Source: Heteronotia binoei
Lineage: Eukaryota
DNA: 64,000 nt
Direction of reading: 5' to 3'
Assembly: GCF_032191835.1 (NCBI RefSeq)
Contig: NC_083223.1
Span: 253,270,001-253,334,000, forward strand
The stretch's first letter is position 1, and every line of letters starts with the position of its first letter. Shown piece after piece: positions 1 to 11,703 of this stretch. The translations under genes were made by a program, and so were the position numbers. A model generated the notes under the pieces. The model was given only the letters and a program-made list of their open reading frames with translations. It did not search any database and was not told where the DNA came from.

Positions 1-769
1 CCTTTCAGCCCTTGTTCAACTAGCCTGCATCTAGAAGTTAGTAACACATAGGGAAGTTTCTTATTGTCTCTGATGCAAAGTCTCTTCCAATCAGGGTGAG
101 ACTGAGTAGAAATTTTGAGTGATTGCCCTAAAGAATCAGCTGTCCTCTGAGACCTGACCTTCTAGGCCATGTACGAACAATACAGTCATTTTACTTACAG
201 GGCTTACAGGGCTGTTAGTGAGGATCAGGGGTGGAATTCTAGCAGAAACTCCTTTGCATATGAGGCCACACCCCCTGGTGTAGCCAATCCTCCAAGAGTT
301 TACAAGGCTCTTTTTTGTAAGCTCTTGGAGGATTGGCTACGTCAGGGGGGCGTGGCCTAATGTACGAACAATACGGTCATTTTACTTAAGTTTGCTTTGG
401 TATGCTTCTCTCCATATTGTTTTAAGAATGCTATAAGGTGGGAATCTCATCTCTATGGGATGTGAGTGGCTTACTGTGTGAGAGGGGCTGTTGGGTGCAT
501 GGTGAGGGGCTGGAGATACATGAAAACTTTTAAATCAAAATGGGGACCCCCAGGATGTTAAAATTTAACAGGGCAATCTTAAATAGAGCTACACCCACTT
601 AAGACTGTTGAAGCCAATGGGCTTAGAAAAGTACAACTCTGTTTAGGATTGCACTGTAATATTTCCATTTCATAGTCAGGGGAAGTGAGTCTGAGAAAGA
701 ACAATTATCTCAGTGAGCCCCTGGTGGAGGAGAGTCTTAAATGATGTCTGTTCTATCATTTCACTGCAG

Positions 770-859
770 GTCAAGAAGCTGCTAAAAGAAACAGAGAAAC
801 TTTCGAGTGAAGTCCTCAACCTGCGCAGTGAACGGGCCCGTCTCCACTTGCAAATTGAG
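770..859 (+). CDS. ANKRD35: ANKRD35 coding exon (third-last), C-terminal coiled coil VKKLLKETEKLSSEVLNLRSERARLHLQIE
   Basis: ctgcag|GTC acceptor and GAG|gtgagt donor; 90 bp, phase 0; peptide resembles the ANKRD35 C-terminus; lies upstream of PIAS3 as in mammals. Confidence 0.85.
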
Positions 860-945
860 GTGAGTAACTTTGCCAGTCAGATTATTAGATGAGAATCCCT
901 AGAACTTAATAAAGGGAAGCCTAGAAAACCTAGAAGAAGCTAGCC

Positions 946-1302
946 CAGGGTTTCCCAAACTTCTCCCCACCCCTTGGCCTGGTTCTTTCCCTGTGGTCTG
1001 GGCAGAGGATGCTCAGGGAGTGATTCAGAGACTGCATGCCGACCAGGAGCTTTTCCCGCCCTCTCTGATGTTTCCGAACATCAGAGAGGGACGGGGGAGA
1101 GCTTCTGGCCAGTGCGCAGTGTCTGTAACACTTTCTGAGTGCTACAAGCGGCGGCGTGGGGGGCAGGGGCTGGAGTACAGCATGGCATGCAGTGCCAAAG
1201 ATAAATAGAGAGGGGAGGGGGCTGTTGGGCCGCCCTGGTGACCCGGTATAGAGGCTTCCATGGCCCAGTACCAGGTCGCAACCCTGAAAATGGGAAACAC
1301 TG
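946..1302. mobile_element. hAT MITE
   Basis: TIR cagggtttccca/tgggaaacactg; perfect TSD agctagcc. Confidence 0.85.
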
Positions 1303-1353
1303 AGCTAGCCTATTCATAGGTCACAAGAAGAATACTTTTATTGGAGTAAACCC

Positions 1354-1801
1354 TAGGGTTGCCAAGTCCCCTATGGCCTCCGGCAGAGGACTTTTTTCAT
1401 GCATGTGTGATGACATCACCTGGAAGTGATAACATCGTGCTGGCGACACCACGCACCAGCTGCTATAGGCATGTCCAGGAAAACTCTATGGTTTTCCTGG
1501 ACACTGTAGTGATTTTAGAGGAAAAAAATCTCTATGGTACCTATTGTACCATAGAGTTTTCCCTCCCAAATTGCTAGAGCATCCAGGAAAACCATAGAAT
1601 TTTCCGGGAAATGCCTAAAGCAGCCAGCGCTTGATGTCACTGGCATGATGACATCACTTCTGGGTGATGTCATCACATTGGTGATGTCATCACGCTGATG
1701 ATGTCGGGGAGGGTTTCCCCTGCCGGCCCAATGTGGGCTGGTAGGTTGGGAACCTCCAGGACGGGAGAGCCCTTGCTCTGGCCGGGGGCTTGGCAGTCCT
1801 A
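1354..1801. mobile_element. TAGGG-terminated non-autonomous hAT-like element
   Basis: tagggttgcca/tggcagtccta; TSD gtaaaccc/gtgaaccc. Confidence 0.75.
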
Positions 1802-1818
1802 GTGAACCCTTTTGAATA

Positions 1819-2137
1819 TGCTGAGTAGTGGGTTAAATGCATGAGGAGGCTTAGTTGCAGTTGATCACAGCTCTTTATTAGTGATTACAGCATCGTCATA
1901 GGCAGACTAAGACTATTGTACTAGGCCAACGGGGCCAACTATATACACACCAAGGTTCCCGTGCTTGAATGTCATTGGATCATTTGAACCAGCAGGGGGC
2001 TGGTGATTGGTCTGGGGAAGCAGAGATTTGGATCCTGCTTCGCATTGTTCCCAGTCCCCAAGCACAGTCCTTCAGGCTCCAGTGAGCCAGGCAGTAACTA
2101 CCCACTCACATTAAACATCAAGTCAGCATACACAACA
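1819..2137 (-). mobile_element. Solo LTR (319 bp) in an ANKRD35 intron
   Basis: TG...CA ends; perfect 5-bp TSD gaata (1814-1818 and 2138-2142); minus-strand AATAAA and TATA-like motifs. Confidence 0.7.
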
Positions 2138-3344
2138 GAATAATATGGGATGTACTCTTGAGTAGACCTGCGGGGGTTGTTCCCATAATCAAAACCTTTT
2201 CTCCTCCTCCCTCATAAAAAATCAAGGCAACAAAATTTGTTGACTGATCAAAATAAATGTGCTAGTAATACAGTTCAGATTCAGTTCATTAGCCTACACA
2301 GTCTTTTATTTTTCAGCAATATTACAGCCTACTGGAAACTCAGTTCTATTGTTTAACTCAGCCACATTAGCATATCTAATCTGTAGAATTTCTAGGGAGT
2401 GTTGTAATTATTTCTATGCACCAATAAGGGCTAGAATCTTTTTTTAAAATCCTTTATATGAAACTCTAAATTTCCAGACAAAGCAGACAAGATGCTGGGA
2501 GATTCATGATCAGATCATACTAGTGTCTTTTTAATGCTTAATTAGAATATCAGTTTAGATAAGGGCTATGCAGGGATAGGGACAGGATTTAATTCTTTCC
2601 CCTCTGCACAATTTCACAAACGAGAATCACAGTTATAGCCCTATAAAAAAGAGGGGCAAAAGACAGACACGACTATTTTATCCCTTTAAAGATTAATAAT
2701 AATGGCATGGGTGCCTCAGTTTCAGTGAAACTGGACCAGGAAAGAAGGATTAATCTCCTTCTATGTTCCCTTAAGTGTCCCCTGTTCAAACTGCAGCCTG
2801 CATAGCTGTAATTTGTCTTTAACAACTAAGAAAGATCTGTCATGTCTGATTTCACCCTTAGATATCCTGTGTACTATGCTGGAAACTAGTCACAGCAGTT
2901 CACACCGTGGTCACACTTTGGCCATTTCAGATGGCTGTAGCTTCCATGCATTTCACACATTTCTCCTCTCCAAGTGCCCAATTTTTTATTTTCTTCCTAA
3001 TTTTAGAACTCTACTCTGGCATGTGAAGGTTCCCCAGCCTGCTAGGCTTGCCAGCCTCCATGTGGCACCTGAAGATCTCCTGGTATTACAATTGATTTCC
3101 AGATGACCCAGATCAGTTCCCCTGGAGAAAATGGCTGCTTTGGAGGATGGTTTCTATAGCATTATACCCTGCTGAGGTCCCTCCCCTCCCCAAACCCTGC
3201 CCTTCCCATGCTCCACCCCCAACATCACCAGGTATTTCCTGACCCAATTTCTTCCACAACCAGCGATATTAATCCACTTGGAAATGCAGAGAAAGGGGAT
3301 GGGTACTTTTGTTAATCCCCTTATATTTTCAAGAAGAAACATTA

Positions 3345-3710
3345 CCTGTGAACTAAGTTTGAGTCCAGTAGCACATTTAAGGCCAACAAAGTTTAATTCT
3401 GGGTATAAGCTTTTATGCGCATGGACACTTCATCAGATACAGCCATTACCTGTAGATGCTAGGATAGTTGCCAGGAAGGGCTAGTTAGAGTCAAGAAGCA
3501 TAAATAACAAGGCAATTATAGCTGAGATTGGATTAAAATGGCAGGTAAGATCTGTGAATAACAGTAAATCATCATACAGAGACAAGAGTTAACAAACTGT
3601 GAGAACTGAGTCTGAGTCCAGTGGCGGGGGTAGACATTCCAGCAGACAGAAGATCCAAAGACTGTGAAATAAAACTTTTCCTATACAGTGCTGCGCATGC
3701 ACACCATTTG
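3345..3710 (-). mobile_element. Penelope-like element remnant with a decayed hammerhead ribozyme (about 3370-3445)
   Basis: Minus strand gtatCTGATGAagtgtccatgcgcatAAAAgcttataccc...ttggccttaaatgtgctactggactc. Confidence 0.65.
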
Positions 3711-4039
3711 TTTTTTAAAGGTGGGTGGAGAACAATGATCATGTGACATCACAGCAGTGGACAGGGGAAGGACTTACAACGTACCTCTGGTGCAAAAGGA
3801 AGAAAATTGATTGCTCTGAGCCATCTGGAAGCTCTTTGGAATACAGTTTCACCTGCAATTACATCACCAATGTGTCTGTCACAGAAAACTGTCCTGATGT
3901 AGGAGCAGCCATGCTCACAAGCAGGAAAGGGGTTGTCATGTGTCTAGGGGGGCACAAACTCTCATTGCATGTTGGGTACAAACCCCTCATGTCATCTGCT
4001 GGACTTTCAAAAAATATGGAGATATAACTCCTTTCTTTC

Positions 4040-4250
4040 AGATATAGATGAACTTAGACGGATGACGAACTAAGCCGACAAGATATATTACTAGATTGGT
4101 GGATGAAGCTACAAATTAAATCTAGATTTGCAAAGGATAAAGTCATAGGCTTTGCCAAAGAACAATCACTTTTTGATAAGATAATGTTTGGACCAGAAAG
4201 CAAATTAATAACAAAACTTTATAATTTTCTCTTAAACTTAAAAGTGAAAT
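4040..4250 (+). mobile_element. L1-type LINE ORF2 fragment
   Basis: Frame DWWMKLQIKSRFAKDK...SKLITKLYNFLL resembles the squamate L1 ORF2 C-terminal region. Confidence 0.5.
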
Positions 4251-4334
4251 GAGAACTTTACTTTAGGTTCACTTTAGGTGGTGTAGAAAGTCAGATTGTG
4301 GCTTGCTTTCATGGGTGTTTTTCAACTCTTCCAG

Positions 4335-4400
4335 GTCATCCAGAAAAACCATCAAGAGATTGTGTCAATTTACAGAACCCACTTGCTCAATGCAGCCCAG
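4335..4400 (+). CDS. ANKRD35: ANKRD35 coding exon VIQKNHQEIVSIYRTHLLNAAQ
   Basis: ccag|GTC acceptor and CAG|gtaaga donor; 66 bp; matches the QKNHEEIISTYRNHLLNAA motif of ANKRD35 (ANKRD24/RAI14/UACA family end). Confidence 0.88.
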
Positions 4401-5263
4401 GTAAGAATACCAGATAAATTGCGTTAGTTTAAGTTGCCAGGAGATACCTAAGCAAAGGCAAGCAGGGATAGCTGTCTGTCCCCACATATGCAGGACAGCT
4501 GCTGGGTTATACAAACAGTAGATCACATGGCAAAGTTTTCCCCTCAGTAATAGCACTTCAGGTTGTGATTGGAGGATGCTGTATATACAGCAAGGTTTTC
4601 TGTCTTTTCAAGCAGCAATATCTCTCTCCTGTGCCCATTTTCCTTTTCCTTCTATTTCTTTTTCTGTATTTAGCTTTTTCTTCTGTTTTGTCCGTTGCTA
4701 TATCTGGCTGCTGATTCTTGTAGCCTTCTAGCTTTTTTTTGTTTTGGGGAGGGAAATGGGGTTATTTGGTCCTTCTCTACTGTTATCTGAGTGTTTCTAT
4801 AAGAACCCGCCTATATTGAAGACAGCACCATAGAATGTTTTTAAATTGTAAATGTAAACGTCTAAACTGACTGTTAGCCGCCTGAGTCTGCTTACGGAGA
4901 GGGAGGGATAGAAATTTAAGGTAATAAATAAGTAAATAATATATTTATACGGTTTAATTAATAATAAGATCAATGAACTCTAAATAATAATAATCCCTTT
5001 GTGCAGAAATCTAGCTTCAGGTAAAAGACTGAGCCAGAACTTTACAGTGTGACCCTAGTTTTCGACATACAGGGAGGGTTTTTTAAAAATATGCGGGGGC
5101 ATTCAATTGCATGGTCTCAGTGATACAAAGCAGAGCCCTGATTCTGCTGGGTGCATAGACTGGCAGTTATTCTCCCTGCCATAGTGTTCGTAAAGGCCGC
5201 AGAGCATTGTTTAGGGGTGGAATTTTTCGACTGTACTCGTGGGAATGTATTTTTCCTATTCAG

Positions 5264-5323
5264 GGTTTCATGGACGAGGAGGTCCATGCGATGCTGCTCC
5301 GGATCCTGAGGACGGACGGATGA
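5264..5323 (+). CDS. ANKRD35: ANKRD35 last coding exon GFMDEEVHAMLLRILRTDG*
   Basis: ttcag|GGT acceptor; TGA at 5321-5323; resembles GYMEHEVYNILLQIL at the ANKRD35 end. Confidence 0.85.
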   Translation, partial: GFMDEEVHAMLLRILRTDG

Positions 5324-5574
5324 CCAGCCAAGCTTATAAGCCTCCCCCTTTTCTTCCAAGTGAGAATGTTGTTTTCTTACATTGCCTCCCTTCCACCTGC
5401 CAAGGAAGGCGTAAACTTAACCTGTGTTACTCGGGGCTTTGTCTGACTCCCATCAATCTCTCTCACTAAAAGCAGATCTCACCTCCTGCTCTGGTTCAGC
5501 CCTGGGACACACAAACCCATTATGTTATAACTTCCTCTAAGTCATAGGAAGTTCCAAGGGCTGTTTATCAGGTC

Positions 5575-5745
5575 CAGGGGTGGAATTCTAGCAGGAGCTC
5601 CTTTGCATATTAGGCTGCATCCCTCTGATGTAACTAATCCTCCAAGAGCTTACAAAAAAGAGCCTTGTAAGCTCTTGGAGGATTGGCTACATCAGGGGTG
5701 TGTGACCTAATATGCAAAGGAGCTCCTGCTAGAATTCCACCCTTG
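5575..5745. mobile_element. Fold-back hAT MITE (171 bp, almost wholly palindromic)
   Basis: Perfect TSD atcaggtc; a truncated relative lies at about 227-360. Confidence 0.9.
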
Positions 5746-6220
5746 ATCAGGTCAATTGGGTTCGGTTCATAAGACTCGGTCTTGCGCCTGAACTTTCCTT
5801 GTGCATTTCCTTTCCATCCTTCCCTGCTCAAGCTTAAATTCTCTTTCTTCCTCTTTCTTGATGGCTTGATGTTATACACAAATTGTGATTTGTGCAAGCC
5901 AGAGATGGCCTGAAATAGCAACCTACGGTTTGCCAAGAAAGAGATTCTGAGTACATTTGAAAGGCGGGGGGAGGGGAGAAGAGCATGCAGAATCTATTTT
6001 TGGCCCTTCCTCCAAATCATGAATGGGAGGATCTCAGGTCTGGTGAATCAACCTCGGAGCATCAGGGAAGTATATAAGACCTTTTAGGTAATAATGAACT
6101 AGGAAGCATTCAGCCCTTGAGTGAATAAAGGCCAGCCTTCCCCCTAAAAAACACAACCCTGGAGTTCCCCCAGCTCTGCTGCTTTCTGATCAATGTTTGC
6201 TTCTGTTTCTCCCCTCTTAG

Positions 6221-7730
6221 GCCAGAATCTAAATTTGCCAAACCATTCCTTCAGCCCTGTCACCCACATAGATGATACAAATTCCAGTGGGTGATAGTAG
6301 CCATTGGCTACCAAAAGGACATTAACTCAAGAGTCACAGTGCCAGGATGTGCAAAACCTCCGTGAGAGAGAGAGAGAATCATTTTGCATACCCAAAGAGC
6401 TTGCTTTGAATCCTATACTATAAATACATTGGCCTCTAAGCAGATTCATTTCCTTCTGCCACTCAGTAGACATAGCTGATCTCATGGGACTTAGCACATT
6501 TTTGTAATCTCACTTTTCCTCCAAGGAGTTCAGGGCAGCATACATGGTTCTCCCCTTCCTACTTCATCCTCACCACAAATCTCTAAGGTAGGTTAGGCAG
6601 AGAGAGGGAAAATGACCCCGGCCGTGCAGTGAGCTTCATAGTGGAGTTGGGATGAGGGTTCAAAGTTCCCTGTCTGCCAGACCAGATTCCAGGCAAGTTC
6701 AAGGCTGCAGCGCCACAGTACAGCATGTGAACTATACTGAACACTGCAATTATTTCTTCATTCCAGGATTTAATCCCGCTGTGGACAATAATTAGAGAAG
6801 AGGAACACTGGTCAGTTACTTCTACAGCCAGAAACTGGTACACTCCTTCATTGCCAGGAAACAGGAGCCATCTTTGACTTCCACTACAGCAAAAATGCAA
6901 CATGAATACCGAGTGTTATTGTTATTTTTAATACCAAGTTTTTTAATACTCAGTGTTATTATAAGAATTTTCTAAGGACCACATGGGATGAGACATCTGT
7001 TCTCTTTTTAAAAACTTGTTAAATTGTAGATGTGTCCCAGTGTTATGAAACTAAAGTGGCAGAGGAAGGGTGTGTTTCTAAAATCCACACTCGGATGCTT
7101 CCATTTCTGCAGTACAGTTCTGCGATTGGAATTAGGCAATGCATACACCAGCACACAGTCTTTTTTCTTCTTTCTCTCTCTTTTAAACAGACTTGGGAAT
7201 TTAGGGTAAAGGCAGGAGATGAGAGTAGTAAAAAGGAAGGAAAATAACAAATAGGATTATGAGAAGCAAGGCACGGGTAAGGGAGTGACAGAAACATCCA
7301 CTGTTAATCACTGGTGCCATTGGGACTGGTCTTTTCACTGCTGAGCTAGCCCCCAAGACATTTTGGTGCTTTCAAATACCTCTCCTGCATTCATTGATGT
7401 GGGCTACAAATCCACCGCAATCCGATATGTGCCTCATTGAAATAAATGGGAACAGGGATAGAGGCCTACAACTTTTCTCACTGGGGCTTATGAATGAAAA
7501 AGTTCCCAGTAGATTGGACCAAAAAAGCCTTCCAGTCTTCCTTCCTCCTGCCTCTGTTCCCTGGCTAAGTATTATTTGTTAAGTCATCAATTAAAGGGGG
7601 TTTTAAAACCTTCAAAAGATTTGTGTCATTGCTGTTTATCCACTCTTTTGTTTGTTTTCAGTTTTTAAAATGTCACATTCCTTCCCACCTGTGAGAAGTC
7701 AAATAAAGGAGAAACGTCTTTAAGCCACTA
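6221..7730 (+). other. ANKRD35: Probable non-coding terminal (3'UTR) exon of ANKRD35; 3' end uncertain
   Basis: Strong pyrimidine tract and acceptor ttctgtttctcccctcttag|g at 6220; candidate donor CAA|gtgaga at 5360; AATAAA at 7441 and 7702. Confidence 0.4.
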
Positions 7731-8138
7731 ACTGGTCTTCAACACTATCACTGCCCTCTCCCCAGGAACTGCCTTTTTTGAGCCAAACAAAAGAAACAGA
7801 ATGAGTGTCAGTATACGGAGACCAATGGTAAAGAGTAAGGGCGCAAACCACCCTTAGACAGGCACTGTGTCAATGTGCGGGGAAATTGCTGTGTGACTCA
7901 ATAGAACTGTGTTTCTTTCCCACCCCCTGGCATGAATGCAGCACAAGCCATTCCATGATTTGGGTGTCTGCGTGTGTCAGTTCAGTGTTTGAGTAACCTA
8001 ACAGAGAGGGAAGACACGATGGGCAATATAGCAGGTGCTTATGGGCCTCTCCGTTGCAGCAATGGCCTGGTGCTCAACATGCATGATTGCTAAAGGGAAG
8101 GGGGAGGGGAGTAGCTGCATGGCAATTCCAATAAGAGG

Positions 8139-8372
8139 CAGCGTGGTGTAGTGGTTAAGAGCGATGGACTCTAATCCGGAGAACTGAGTTTGATTCCCCA
8201 TTTCTCCTCCACATCAAGCCAGCTGAGTGACCTTTGGCCAGTCATAGTTCTCTCACAACTCACTTAGCCCCATCTACCTTACAAGGTGCCTGCTGTGGGG
8301 GGGGGGGGGGGAGGAAGGGAAGGCAATTGTAAGACACTCTGAACTCCTTGGGGTAAGGAAAAGCAGTATAAA
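8139..8372 (+). mobile_element. MIR/Ther1-derived (Squam3-like) SINE
   Basis: Box A ggtgtagtggttaag; box B gtttgattccc; CORE-like acctcacagg; L2-type tail. Confidence 0.75.
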
Positions 8373-9540
8373 AGCCTATTCTGCCTGTGCAAGGCTGGCT
8401 TATGCTTGAAGCATTTAGAAAGCCACTGATCCTGCTGCTTTATTATTTTGAGACATTATGAGATTCCTATGCAGAATGCACTTTGTGTAAAATATTAACA
8501 TGCAGCAGTCTGTGTGCAGTGACTGGCACATGACACTCTCACACCTGAATTTTCACAGCTCCCCACATACAGATAAAAAACCCCCACAATGACCGATTGT
8601 CTGATGATGATGCACAAAAAGGGGAGGGCATCGCAGGTTATTTTTTTTATCTAAAAGACCCCTTCTATAATTTGTGGAAATTGTTCTGTGGTCCAAAATC
8701 TTGGTAATTGTCTGGGGATTCTACATTTGTGTGTTGCAGAAATGAAGGGGAGGGGGCTGGAAATAGGACTGGGCTCACACACATCCTGCAAAACTCCCCT
8801 TTATGTAAAATGCCAGCTGTGTAAGTGCAAACTGATTGACCTATACAGCCGTCAGTATGGGTCAGCAGGGGAAGCAAAAATCCCTGTAAAAGAAGGAGAG
8901 GAAAAAACTGGTCCTTTCCCTGTCCTCCTAGTTCTTGCCCCTTTGCAGTGATTTTTGCTTCCCCTCCTGACCGCCCCCCCCCCCCTTTGCTTACAGCCAA
9001 GTAAGAGCAGCCAACCTTACACAGCGTTCCACAGTGCAAGAAGAAGACAGAGACAAAAACTGTTTCCATAGAGAAAAGGTGGAGCAAAAGGGGATTTAGC
9101 TGCCAACCCAGTTAGGGAACATAGCAAAATAGGCAGGGTTTTTGAGCTGATGACCTTTCCAGGAGGATGCAAGAAGAGAAGACGGAGAAACAAACCATCA
9201 TGCTGTTATTTAATCAAGAAGCAACACACAGAGTGTGCAAGCACTCCCTGCTCCAGAATTCTGGCTCTGTAGACTGGCAGAGGGAAGGATGGGAAAAGAT
9301 ATCTAATGTCCAAGAGGTTTATTCAATACCTTGCATAAACTTTGTCTGTTATTCGAATTTGCTGATTATACAGGGAGCAAACTTCAGCTTTTCTCAGTAC
9401 AGTACTGGTGTCTCTACTGAAGCTGACAAAATTAGGGGGAAACTGTCAGTTTTGTCAGCCTGGATTTCTTTCTACCCTCGTCCTTCAAAAGGGCATGAAT
9501 GTACATTGGGCAATCGTGCACAGAATAACTGTTAGAATCT

Positions 9541-9930
9541 GTTTAGCCTGGAGAGGAGGTGGCTGAGAGGTGATATGATCAACATCTTCAAGTACTTGAA
9601 GGGCTGTCATCTAGAGGATGGTGTAGAATTGTTTTCTGTGGCCCCAGAAGATAGGACCAGAACCACTGGGTTGAAATTAAATCAAAAGAGTTTCCAGCTC
9701 AACATTAGGAAGAACTTCCAGACCATTAGAGCAGTTCCTCAGTGGAACAGGCTTCCTCGGGAGGTGGTGGGCTCTCCTTCCTTGGAGGTTTTTAAACAGA
9801 GGCTAGATGGTCATCTGACAGCAATGAAGATCCTGTGAATTAAGGGGGAGGTATTTGTGAGTTTCCTGCATTGTGCAGGGGGTTGGACTAGATGACCCTG
9901 GAGGTCCCTTCCAACTCTATGATTCTATGA
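9541..9930 (+). mobile_element. CR1-A 3' fragment
   Basis: FSLERRWLRGDMI...; ends ctctatgattctatga. Confidence 0.88.
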
Positions 9931-10126
9931 AACTGATGAGGCATTCCTACAACTGACATGACCCCTCCCTCAAGCACACACCTTGTCTGTTTCATGGGAA
10001 AGAAAATGGCAGTGGAGTGGGAGTCTAGAATCACCAGCTGCTGTCTGGGAAATACCAGGAGATCTGGGAGTGCAGCCTTAGGATGGTGGGGTTTGGGAAG
10101 GTGAGGGACCTCAGAGGAGTGTAATG

Positions 10127-10534
10127 CAGGGCTGTAGCCAGGATTTTAAAAGTTTGGGGTCTTTTAAAAAAGTCAAGGGGAGGAATCAAGAAGGGACTGC
10201 ACCTTGAATGCAATCTGGGGGGGGGGGGGCGTGTTTCCTTCCACCTCCCTCTCCCCTACCCTGGCACTTTGCAGCCAACAGCTTCAGCTGTCCCCCCTTC
10301 CCTGGCCCATTTCATGTGGCTTCCTCCATCTCCCACTTGTCCACCTCTCTTGTCTCCAGCTGCTGCTTTTGCTGCTGCAGTGCACTGTGTCCTGCTCAGC
10401 TCTCCCAGTGCTGCTGCTGATGCTTTAGTGGCTCAGCCATGGAGAGAGAGAGAGAGAGAGGCAGACTGCCCTCCATAGGGCCCCCCGGAGTCAGGGGGCA
10501 GTGCCTCACAGGCCCCCTTGTGGCTACAGGCCTG
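10127..10534. mobile_element. hAT MITE nested in an older short repeat (about 10040-10660)
   Basis: TIR cagggctgtagcca/tggctacaggcctg; TSD gtgtaatg/gtgtgatg. Confidence 0.75.
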
Positions 10535-10942
10535 GTGTGATGTCACAGGGCCCACCCTCCAAAGCAGTCATTTATTCCAGGGGAACTGATGTCCGTCAGC
10601 TGGAGATCAGTTGTAATTCTAGAAGGTCTCCAGCTCCCACCTGGAGGCTGGCAACCCTTGGTGGGACAGCCACCAGCCACATCGTGGTGGCCTGCAACTG
10701 GGCATGTATGTGAAGTAGACAAGAGGGGACGTGTCTTCTTCCCAACATATGGAAAGGGTTGTAGCGACATTTGAAGCAGAAACAGCATAATTTGTGAATG
10801 GCTGTGATACGCAGAAATTGAAGCAGGGCAAATTTCCCACAATACTTAAAGTTATTGAAAATACACGTTTCAGTTCTGCCCCTTTTATTCGTTGCTTCAG
10901 GCAGGCTGCTCAGCTTCTTTTAAAATAACATCCAATATAATC

Positions 10943-11062
10943 CAGGGCTTTTTTTTGAGCAGGGATGCATAGGAATGCAGTTCCGGCTGGCTTGGGATCA
11001 GGGGTGTGGTCTAATATGCAAATGAGTTCCTGCTGGGCTTTTTCTACAAAAAACACACCCTG
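10943..11062. mobile_element. Short related hAT MITE; another copy (20358-21189) hosts the RTE insertion
   Basis: cagggcttttt...ccctg; TSD atataatc/gtataatc. Confidence 0.75.
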
Positions 11063-11175
11063 GTATAATCCTATGTAGAATTACACCTTTCTCAGCCCAG
11101 AGGCACTAAGGGTGTCAGGGCCGGATCTGGGAGGGGCAGAGGGAGGTGCTTGCCATGGGCGCTTGCTATGGGCGC

Positions 11176-11385
11176 CAATCTCCTTTACCTTCCTCCCCCA
11201 CAACAGACACCCTGTGAGGTGGGTGGGGCTGGAGAGGGCTCTCACAGCAGCTGCCCTTTCAAGGACAACCTCTGCCAGAGCTATGGCTGACCATCTCAGG
11301 AGGTGCAAGTGGAGGAGTGGGGAATCAAACCCGGTTCTCCCAGATAAGAGTCCGCACACTTAACCACTACACCAAACTGGCTCTC
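11176..11385 (-). mobile_element. Young Squam3-like SINE
   Basis: Reverse complement of the 41878 copy. Confidence 0.8.
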
Positions 11386-11387
11386 CA

Positions 11388-11642
11388 GAGGGGATTGGAT
11401 AAGCATATGGAGCAGAGGTCCATCAGTGGCTATTACCCACAATTTATTGTTGGAACTCTCTGTCTGGGCCAGTGATGCTCTGTATTCTTGTGCTTGGGGG
11501 GTGGGGTGGGCAGTGGAAAGGCTTCTAGCCCCACTGGTGGACCTCTTGATGGTACTTGGGGTTTTTGGCCACTGTGTAACACAGAGTGTTGGACTGGATG
11601 GCCCATTGGTCTGATCCAATATGACTTCTCTTATATTCTTAG
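11388..11642 (+). mobile_element. CR1-B 3'UTR fragment (long-UTR variant)
   Basis: cagaggtccatcagtggctatt...tgatccaatatgacttctcttat. Confidence 0.75.
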
Positions 11643-11703
11643 GATTGCTTAAAGTGCCACTTACAGAGTTTAGGACTGTTAAAGTGCCACTTACAGAGTT
11701 AGT
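11641..11703. repeat. About 30-bp tandem duplication (similar small tandems: 24-mer at 51985-52040, 16-mer at 49678-49710)
   Basis: ttaaagtgccacttacagagtttag occurs twice. Confidence 0.85.

Noticed and set aside
6330-6470. Second hammerhead/Penelope end
   Set aside because: Only a vague resemblance; neither CTGANGA nor GAAA is recognisable.
11641-11703. CRISPR-like direct repeats or any prokaryotic defence system
   Set aside because: Only two units with no spacers, in intron-exon vertebrate DNA with no cas or operon-like genes.
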